17,527 nucleotides of DNA from a virus. The position numbers and the translations under genes were made by a program. This document shows, piece by piece, positions 7,477-12,667 of this stretch. The notes under the pieces were generated by a model that saw only the letters and a program-made list of their open reading frames with translations, was not told the origin of the DNA and did no database searches. The stretch lies in the IMG/VR virus record IMGVR_UViG_3300045988_104385; one strand, 5' to 3'. Position 1 is the first letter of the stretch, and the number at the start of each line of letters is the position of its first letter.

Positions 7477-7821
7477 TCACTCTCCTTTTCCGCTCAGAAT
7501 GAGCTGAGACATATCAAGATCGTTGATACTTGTTGCGGTTTCTTCCGATTCCGGCACTTTTCCGCCAAACTCGGTTACTTTTGTGATACTTCCGCCATGG
7601 GAAAGATCAGACCAGCGGCTTTTGATTTCAGCAACGGAGGCATCATACTTTCCTTTCAGTTCGTCCCGTTCTGCGACCAGCGCGTCACGTTCGGACATCA
7701 GTGCGCTGATGTCGGTATCTTCTGTTTTGATTTTTTCGCTGATGGCGGCGATTGCGTCACCGTGCGTTTCGATGTTTCCAATGTCGGCAACAATTTCTGT
7801 CCAATACTCTTCTAGTGTCAT
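7477..7821 (-). CDS. Scaffolding protein (gp7-like by position and composition)
   Basis: 114 aa, acidic, with a coiled-coil-like stretch (ALMSERDALVAERDELKGKYDASVAEIKS). It lies directly upstream of the capsid gene, and its TGA stop is 4 nt before the capsid ATG. Confidence 0.6.
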   Translation of the reverse strand: MTLEEYWTEIVADIGNIETHGDAIAAISEKIKTEDTDISALMSERDALVAERDELKGKYDASVAEIKSRWSDLSHGGSITKVTEFGGKVPESEETATSINDLDMSQLILSGKGE

Positions 7822-7822
7822 G

Positions 7823-8887
7823 TTAAAACCTCCTTTTTAAATTGGGATATAACCAGATCGGCATTTTATGCCGTTTTGGTTTCATGGGATGGGGCGGCTC
7901 AGGCGGCTCAGGCGGCTCTGGTTGCTCTCCTTTTGCAAAGTACCGATATACCATCACCGCGTTGTTCAAACGTTCGGAATCAGATAAATACCGATTCCCC
8001 ACAATCCATCCGGTAATTGCAGAATCTTTCGCGTGTTCCGAAATAAAATTGAAACACGCATGTGCTTTTTCCTGCCGGAACGCAAGTGTTCCATCGTCAC
8101 TAATTCCCTCCCATCCTTTCATATAGGCGGAAGTCAGTGCGTTCAGATCGGTGCTGTCACTGTGCAAAAACGCTTGTAGATTTTCGTAAGCACTAGCGGC
8201 TCCGACCGAATACCAGACATTCTCATAAATCAGATATTCTAACTGCGCGTTACCATTTTCCCGGCTGTACCCGTTGGAATCTAACCATTGGAACAACCGC
8301 GTCCGGCGGTCGGTAGAGGAATTATCTGTCCACTGACCCAATCCATAGCCGGGCGAGCCGACAATTGTTCCCTCCCATAATCCAGGATTTACGGTGGATT
8401 CCTGCCAAAAGTTTCCGCAGATGGCGGAAATGACATATTGGCTGATACCGCTTTGTACCGCAACCGGATACCTGTACAGATACGTCCAAGCGCTATAGGC
8501 AGACACAAACGTATTGATGGATACCTGTCTTTCCAGCGGGTAACTATCGGTGTGGGCCCCCATCGTATACCCGCCACCGTCTGCGGGATTGTAAACCATT
8601 TCGGTGTGACCGCTCCTCCACAAGATATCACCTTTCTTCCATGGCTGATTGGCTGTACCTTTTTGGAATCCCGCGCCGATCAGATACCCATCCATGCTTC
8701 GGGTGGTAAACCACGGGTTAGATGCTAAAAATCCGCCTACCGTACAACAATAACTCATGAGGGACGAACAATCATAGTACGTAATACCTCCTACGGTCTG
8801 CCCCTCACGATAGTCTTGTGAGTAACCCACGTTTGGATTGTTACAAATCTCGATACAGGTATTGTACGCAAGCGTCAGATCAGCCAC
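7823..8887 (-). CDS. Tail-associated peptidoglycan hydrolase (phi29 gp13-like): N-terminal NlpC/P60-type cysteine peptidase plus gp13-type lysozyme domain
   Basis: 354 aa with a GTG start overlapping the endolysin stop. The N-terminus has YYDCSSLMSY and KKGDILWRSGHTEMVY (Cys/His peptidase signature). The centre has ISAICGNFWQESTVNPGLWEG...GYGLGQWT, matching the phi29 gp13 N-terminal lysozyme ([22 protein letters not shown]...GFGLVQWT). The C-terminus is an EPP repeat followed by a basic tail. Confidence 0.8.
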   Translation of the reverse strand: MADLTLAYNTCIEICNNPNVGYSQDYREGQTVGGITYYDCSSLMSYCCTVGGFLASNPWFTTRSMDGYLIGAGFQKGTANQPWKKGDILWRSGHTEMVYNPADGGGYTMGAHTDSYPLERQVSINTFVSAYSAWTYLYRYPVAVQSGISQYVISAICGNFWQESTVNPGLWEGTIVGSPGYGLGQWTDNSSTDRRTRLFQWLDSNGYSRENGNAQLEYLIYENVWYSVGAASAYENLQAFLHSDSTDLNALTSAYMKGWEGISDDGTLAFRQEKAHACFNFISEHAKDSAITGWIVGNRYLSDSERLNNAVMVYRYFAKGEQPEPPEPPEPPHPMKPKRHKMPIWLYPNLKRRF

Positions 8888-9572
8888 GGGTCAGACCCTC
8901 TTCTGCTACATATCCGGTATAGACGATGCCATGGACAACCGCTTTCACAAGATACCATTCATTTGTATAATAACCGTAGTTTCTAACACTGGTTCCGGTT
9001 GGCAACGTCAATATGACCGTTTTATTCATTCCTGCGCCAACACGCAGATTATAGCGATCATTGGTATGATAGGATCCGGCGATTCTTCGGTCAAAACTAC
9101 GTGCGGATTCGGTTTTGATGGAGTGTTCCACAACTTTATGTGGTTTGTCGTTTTTTCCCGCATACCGATAATGCACGGTATTTTCATACGGAAGATCGTA
9201 ATAAGACCGGACGCAGATTTCCTTTCCGGTCTGATCTCCCGTCTGGCCATCAATCCCGCCGTTTTCCGACTGGCTGGCGTGGACGATGCGGTTCGCGTCA
9301 ACCGACATCGTTACATGATGGCCAGCCGCAAGGTGGATGTCACCGCGTTTCCAGGGGTTTCCGCATTTCACAAAACCAGCGTTTTCCAACTGTCCGCCGA
9401 GGTTTCTTGTTGTGCTGTAAATGCTGACAGGAAAGCCAGCGTTTGCAAGTGCCGTCCCGACAAAACTTGAACAATCATAATCGGGACTGTTCCGATGTAC
9501 CTGTGAGTACCCGTGCCGATCATCGGCGGCGATCTGTTCCGCCCATGCAACTGCGTTTTCGATTCTACTCAT
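8880..9572 (-). CDS. Endolysin: NlpC/P60-type cysteine peptidase plus C-terminal SH3b cell-wall-binding domain
   Basis: The track ORF starts at GTG 9581, but ATG 9572 has SD GGAGG 8 nt upstream, so I use 9572 (230 aa). It contains HGYSQ..YDCSSFVGT and KRGDIHLAAGHHVTMSV. The C-terminus YNLRVGAGMNKTVILTLPTGTSVRNYGYYTNEWYLVKA is SH3b-like. It follows the holin. Confidence 0.8.
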   Translation of the reverse strand: MSRIENAVAWAEQIAADDRHGYSQVHRNSPDYDCSSFVGTALANAGFPVSIYSTTRNLGGQLENAGFVKCGNPWKRGDIHLAAGHHVTMSVDANRIVHASQSENGGIDGQTGDQTGKEICVRSYYDLPYENTVHYRYAGKNDKPHKVVEHSIKTESARSFDRRIAGSYHTNDRYNLRVGAGMNKTVILTLPTGTSVRNYGYYTNEWYLVKAVVHGIVYTGYVAEEGLTRG

Positions 9573-9762
9573 TCTTTCCACCTCCTAAATGCTGGCAAAG
9601 TGAATTAATTGCGGTTGTGTTTGCTTCTACGCTTTTCCGAAGTTCTTCCATTTCTTCCTTATGCGCGTCTTTTTCTTTCACCAGATACCAAAACAGTGCG
9701 CCGCAACACACGATCGGAAAACCGAGACTTCCAATTAACTGTGTTACCATCGTTACATCCAT
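9565..9762 (-). CDS. Holin (BhlA/UviB-like, single N-terminal TM)
   Basis: 65 aa with one hydrophobic helix (VTQLIGSLGFPIVCCGALFWYLV) followed by a charged coiled tail (KEKDAHKEEMEELRK). SD AAGGAGG lies 7 nt upstream. It sits immediately upstream of, and overlaps, the endolysin gene. Confidence 0.6.
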   Translation of the reverse strand: MDVTMVTQLIGSLGFPIVCCGALFWYLVKEKDAHKEEMEELRKSVEANTTAINSLCQHLGGGKNE

Positions 9763-10043
9763 CCGTCAACCTCCTTATCCTGCCATTTCAACCAGTCCTC
9801 AATTTCACTTAATTTATCACACATGATAAAGTTATGAATGAAGCGGACGGGCGATTTACTGTTATACGCGTTGCCATCCATGAAAAAGAAATCCCACAGA
9901 TACCGGATATGAGACTCGTAATTTTCATGTGGAACAAAGATCAGCGTGTCTTTTTCGTCCCCTTTATAGCGTACCGTATAAGCAAGATAGGCATTTTCTT
10001 TTTTCATCATTCCGACAATCATATTAAAAACGATACTTGCCAT
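9753..10043 (-). CDS. Hypothetical protein (96 aa), first gene after the late promoter
   Basis: The track ORF extends to 10124, but the internal ATG at 10043 is preceded by GAAAGGAGCAAAG (a good SD). The upstream 27 codons overlap a structured leader. I recognise no motifs. Confidence 0.55.
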   Translation of the reverse strand: MASIVFNMIVGMMKKENAYLAYTVRYKGDEKDTLIFVPHENYESHIRYLWDFFFMDGNAYNSKSPVRFIHNFIMCDKLSEIEDWLKWQDKEVDGWM

Positions 10044-10153
10044 CTTTGCTCCTTTCTTCCTGTCCTTAAAACAAGGAAACCTTTTGACCTGCCAAGGACA
10101 GGGCGGTTTACTCAACCGTGGCAACCCCTTTTAAAAGGTTTCCCCGTATTTTC

Positions 10154-10182
10154 ATGATACATCTTTTGTATCCGTATGTCAA
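10154..10182 (-). promoter_or_regulatory. Late (lysis plus morphogenesis) operon promoter
   Basis: On the minus strand: TTGACA (10182-10177), a 17-nt spacer, then TATCAT (10159-10154). It lies in the 192-nt gap between the ATPase stop and the next ATG. Confidence 0.6.
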
Positions 10183-10229
10183 GTACATTTGTCCGTCTCC
10201 CCGTATGTCAAGTACATTTGTCCGTCTCC
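10172..10229. repeat. Perfect 29-bp tandem duplication carrying the -35 hexamer
   Basis: CCGTATGTCAAGTACATTTGTCCGTCTCC at 10172-10200 and again at 10201-10229. The minus strand reads GGAGACGGACAAATGTACTTGACATACGG twice. Confidence 0.9.
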
Positions 10230-10235
10230 AACGAA

Positions 10236-11375
10236 CTATTTATAAAGATCAATCCCCAAAAGCTCGAGTGCCATATTTTTGCTGTCTAAATCGTCAAAAC
10301 GCAAATATGCTTGTTGGTACGCTTCTTCTAACCGTACAAACAAATAATCATAATGATCTAGCATAACCGTGTGCTGTGTGTGGTCTCCGTCCCGAAAAAC
10401 GGCAATATACGTGCAAGACGGGTTACATTTATGTGTGATATAAATATACCCGTCTTCGTAATAGTCATACACACCATAACTTTTGCCGTTGTACTGAATG
10501 GTGAACAGATACCGCGACCGTCCGGTCGGTTTCTGGACAAAAACAGCATCATCAATCAACATACGGTCACCAACGCTCATGCTTTGCATATAGTGACCGT
10601 CACGGAATGCTTTCAGTGCCGGATTTTCCCACATCGCCTTACTAGCACTGTCATTGTGGGTAAATTCACACACATAACCGCTCCCATGCATCATTTTTGT
10701 ATCTTTCTGATATCGTTTATGGATGCCGAAAAATACAAAATAGGGATTGAGTAACGATATATTATTGGATGCCATAATCAGTTTAAACCACCTTGACTGA
10801 TTTCCGTTTCCACGGCTAATCGTAATCAACAACGACTGCATGATTTCAGATTCCCCTTTTACGTACTTTCCGCTTTCCGTGCAAAACTCGTCAAAAAGCA
10901 AAAAGTAGATATCCCGAAAATACGGAGACAATTTTTTTACACTGTCCATCTTACTTCCAAAACTAAACGCGCATCCGAATGGCACACCGTCCAGAAAATA
11001 ACGCACGACATTTCCGTTTTTGTCCAGATTTTTATAGGTAATCACACTTCCTAATTTAGGATACATGCTTAGCATATCTTCGTACATTGCCGCCGCTCCC
11101 GTCATTTCCCCTTTCGTCCGGAAAATCCATCCGGTCTGTAATCCGTACTCTTTGCACAATATACAGCTTGCCGCGGAGAACGCACTTGTCTTTCCGGCGC
11201 TACGGTTGGAACACGTAATTGCTACGCCAGCGAAATCCCCGTCCACGTCCGGCTCTGAAAACAACCGAATCGGATTGTAATACTGAATCGCTTTCCCGTT
11301 ATCGTCTACCGCTTCAAATTTCACATCATATTCAGAAAAAAGTTTTTCCCATGGAATATCGTTCCAAAAAATCAT
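10236..11375 (-). CDS. DNA encapsidation (packaging) ATPase, phi29 gp16-like
   Basis: 379 aa. Walker A is SNRSAGKTS and Walker B is YFLLFDEF. ASNNISLLNPYFVFFGI aligns with phi29 LSNAVSVVNPYFLFFNL, and C-terminal QQAYLRFDDLDSKNMALELL with NGYLRFDNQVIRNIAYELF. It has about 27 extra N-terminal residues relative to gp16. Confidence 0.92.
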   Translation of the reverse strand: MIFWNDIPWEKLFSEYDVKFEAVDDNGKAIQYYNPIRLFSEPDVDGDFAGVAITCSNRSAGKTSAFSAASCILCKEYGLQTGWIFRTKGEMTGAAAMYEDMLSMYPKLGSVITYKNLDKNGNVVRYFLDGVPFGCAFSFGSKMDSVKKLSPYFRDIYFLLFDEFCTESGKYVKGESEIMQSLLITISRGNGNQSRWFKLIMASNNISLLNPYFVFFGIHKRYQKDTKMMHGSGYVCEFTHNDSASKAMWENPALKAFRDGHYMQSMSVGDRMLIDDAVFVQKPTGRSRYLFTIQYNGKSYGVYDYYEDGYIYITHKCNPSCTYIAVFRDGDHTQHTVMLDHYDYLFVRLEEAYQQAYLRFDDLDSKNMALELLGIDLYK

Positions 11376-11391
11376 TGTTTCACGTGAAACA
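11376..11391. promoter_or_regulatory. Perfect 16-bp palindrome TGTTTCACGTGAAACA abutting the ATPase start codon (operator-like site, copy 1)
   Basis: Read directly from the sequence; it lies 1 nt from the ATG at 11375. An extra half-site GTTTCACG is at 11397-11404. The same 19-mer recurs at 14766-14784. Confidence 0.55.
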
Positions 11392-11431
11392 TTTTTGTTT
11401 CACGCCCTCCTTTCTATCATCCCGCTCCGCG

Positions 11432-11451
11432 TCCCCGCCAGTTCCCCGCCA
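11432..11451. repeat. Two direct repeats TCCCCGCCA with 11-bp phasing
   Basis: TCCCCGCCA at 11432-11440 and 11443-11451 (minus strand TGGCGGGGA twice). Confidence 0.6.
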
Positions 11452-11466
11452 GCAAAACCGCAGACA

Positions 11467-11496
11467 ATCTCACGTTTATCGCACGATGATCGCACG
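11467..11496. repeat. Three direct repeats ATC(T/G)CACG with 11-bp phasing
   Basis: ATCTCACG at 11467, ATCGCACG at 11478 and ATCGCACG at 11489. They share the CACG half of the CACGTG palindrome core. Confidence 0.6.
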
Positions 11497-11542
11497 TTTT
11501 GACTGCGGATGGACGGCGGGTAAGGGCAGATTCGCTAGATGT

Positions 11543-11575
11543 AAAAAAGAGATACGTTTTATAGCGTATCTCTCT
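11543..11575 (-). terminator. Rho-independent terminator ending the replication-gene transcription unit
   Basis: Minus strand: AGAGATACG, loop CTATAAAA, CGTATCTCT, then TTTTT. This is a 9-bp perfect stem (11565-11573 pairing with 11548-11556) followed by a T5 run. Confidence 0.7.
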
Positions 11576-11691
11576 TTACACGTATGGAGTTTTTTCAAAA
11601 ATACACAAGATACAGTAACAATCAACTACAGGTAACTTATCATACTCAAGTCTACCGTCCGCCAGTCGGAGCGCGTATTAACGTCATATAT

Positions 11692-12111
11692 TTAAGCAAA
11701 CGGATTAAATTTTTTTAGTTCGCCGAATTTATGGACGTTTACGGCGGAAAGGTAAGCGGTAAAACCCTTGTCGCGGCGGAACTTGCTTTCTCCGATGGAG
11801 ATGAAGAGGTCAACAACTGCGCCTTTACCGAGTTCGTCAACGCTGGAAACGGTGTCGCTCTCAATTCCGTCCTCATAAAAGGCAACGCGGTAACTTGTCT
11901 GCGCTTTTACGTAAAGACCAGATTCGTCACTTTCTTTCGCCGGAATCCACTTTGCTTCCGCGGCGGCATCATTACCGAACTCTTCGATAATTTTTTCAAA
12001 GATGGCTTTCTGCTGATCTTCTGTGATCGAAGCAGAAAGAACGCTTTTTCCGTCCTCTTCCCTTGCATATTTTACAGTTACGTTGTTCAGTTTCATTTTT
12101 GCTTTACTCAT
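11692..12111 (-). CDS. Putative single-stranded DNA-binding protein (OB-fold, gp2.5/DUF2815-like pattern)
   Basis: 139 aa in the replication module with SD AAAGGAGAG. The pattern GAVVDLFISIGESKF..DKGFTAYLSAVNV resembles the C-terminal beta strands of T7 gp2.5-type SSBs. The call rests on pattern and position only. Confidence 0.35.
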   Translation of the reverse strand: MSKAKMKLNNVTVKYAREEDGKSVLSASITEDQQKAIFEKIIEEFGNDAAAEAKWIPAKESDESGLYVKAQTSYRVAFYEDGIESDTVSSVDELGKGAVVDLFISIGESKFRRDKGFTAYLSAVNVHKFGELKKFNPFA

Positions 12112-12218
12112 GATTTTCTCTCCTTTTTGCTTTAATTTGTTTTTACTATGCAGAACCGCGGCGCTTTGCTTTGATCATTGTCTTATCTGGTCACTTCCAG
12201 ACCGCGGTTGTGCGCTGA

Positions 12219-12455
12219 TTAATCGTCCAGTCTCTTTGCTTCGGCAAAGAACTGTTCGTCCGGCATCTCGTAGCGGGCGGATACGGTATCGGTTAATACA
12301 CAGATGAAATCCTCCGGAAAACCAGCGGCGGCAACAGCGGCGGTTTTTGCTTTCTGCGTTTTCAGTTCTTCTGTATTCTCAAAAGAGCCGATCACCTGTT
12401 TTGTGTTTCTGTCAATAACAGAGTAGATAAATTTTTCGATTTTTGTTCTAACCAT
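12219..12455 (-). CDS. Hypothetical protein (78 aa)
   Basis: Clean ORF with an A/G-rich SD region, directly downstream of a strong promoter. I recognise no motifs. Confidence 0.55.
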   Translation of the reverse strand: MVRTKIEKFIYSVIDRNTKQVIGSFENTEELKTQKAKTAAVAAAGFPEDFICVLTDTVSARYEMPDEQFFAEAKRLDD

Positions 12456-12500
12456 TTTTCTTTTCCTTTCTTTATGTGGTTATTTGTTCTTATAAGTATT

Positions 12501-12529
12501 ATAATAGCACTGTTCTATCAGAAAGTCAA
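12501..12529 (-). promoter_or_regulatory. Sigma-A promoter with extended -10
   Basis: Minus strand: AAAAAGTA TTGACT (12529-12524), a 17-nt spacer ending in TGc, then TATTAT (12506-12501) followed by AATA. It lies in an AT-rich gap upstream of the 78-aa gene. Confidence 0.65.
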
Positions 12530-12535
12530 TACTTT

Positions 12536-12658
12536 TTAAATAAGAAAAAGAAAAAATATATCCAAACATAAAAGCAGAATAGCAAGGTCTATTTCCTCTT
12601 CATGAAAAGCACAGATCGTTGCGATTAAAAGTAACATAAAAAAGATAAAAAATCTCAT
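12536..12658 (-). CDS. Small hydrophobic peptide (40 aa), below the ORF-track size cutoff
   Basis: My hand translation gives MRFFIFFMLLLIATICAFHEEEIDLAILLLCLDIFFLFLI. SD GGAGAA overlaps the polymerase stop codon, 6 nt before the ATG. Two hydrophobic segments flank an acidic HEEEID turn. Confidence 0.4.
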   Translation of the reverse strand: MRFFIFFMLLLIATICAFHEEEIDLAILLLCLDIFFLFLI

Positions 12659-12667
12659 TTTATTCTC

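Noticed and set aside
10044-10124. The 27-codon N-terminal extension of the track ORF 9753-10124 (MPRLSKPPCPWQVKRFPCFKDRKKGAK).
   Set aside because: No SD precedes the ATG at 10124. The internal ATG at 10043 has GAAAGGAG 5 nt upstream, and the extension overlaps the predicted leader stem-loop.
11580-11640. TTGATT-16-TATTTT on the minus strand just upstream of the 11543-11575 terminator, which could make a ~55-nt sRNA.
   Set aside because: Both hexamers are weak, there is no extended -10, and the only support is proximity to the terminator. This is too speculative without transcript data.
2985-12135. Plus-strand ORFs antisense to the structural and replication genes (for example 2985-3383, 3719-4048, 6894-7346, 8838-9470, 10371-10754, 11731-12135), and nested minus-strand ORFs (for example 13006-13302, 9026-9301).
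   Set aside because: They lie entirely within longer ORFs that have recognisable homology. They lack SD sequences, and their translations are low-complexity, Cys/Arg-rich peptides typical of shadow frames.
12140-12215. The inverted repeat AACCGCGG...CCGCGGTT with an inner TCTGG/CCAGA hairpin between the 78-aa gene and the SSB-like gene, considered as a terminator.
   Set aside because: The outer arms are about 39 nt apart and no U-tract follows on the minus strand. The two genes appear to be co-transcribed up to the clear terminator at 11543-11575.
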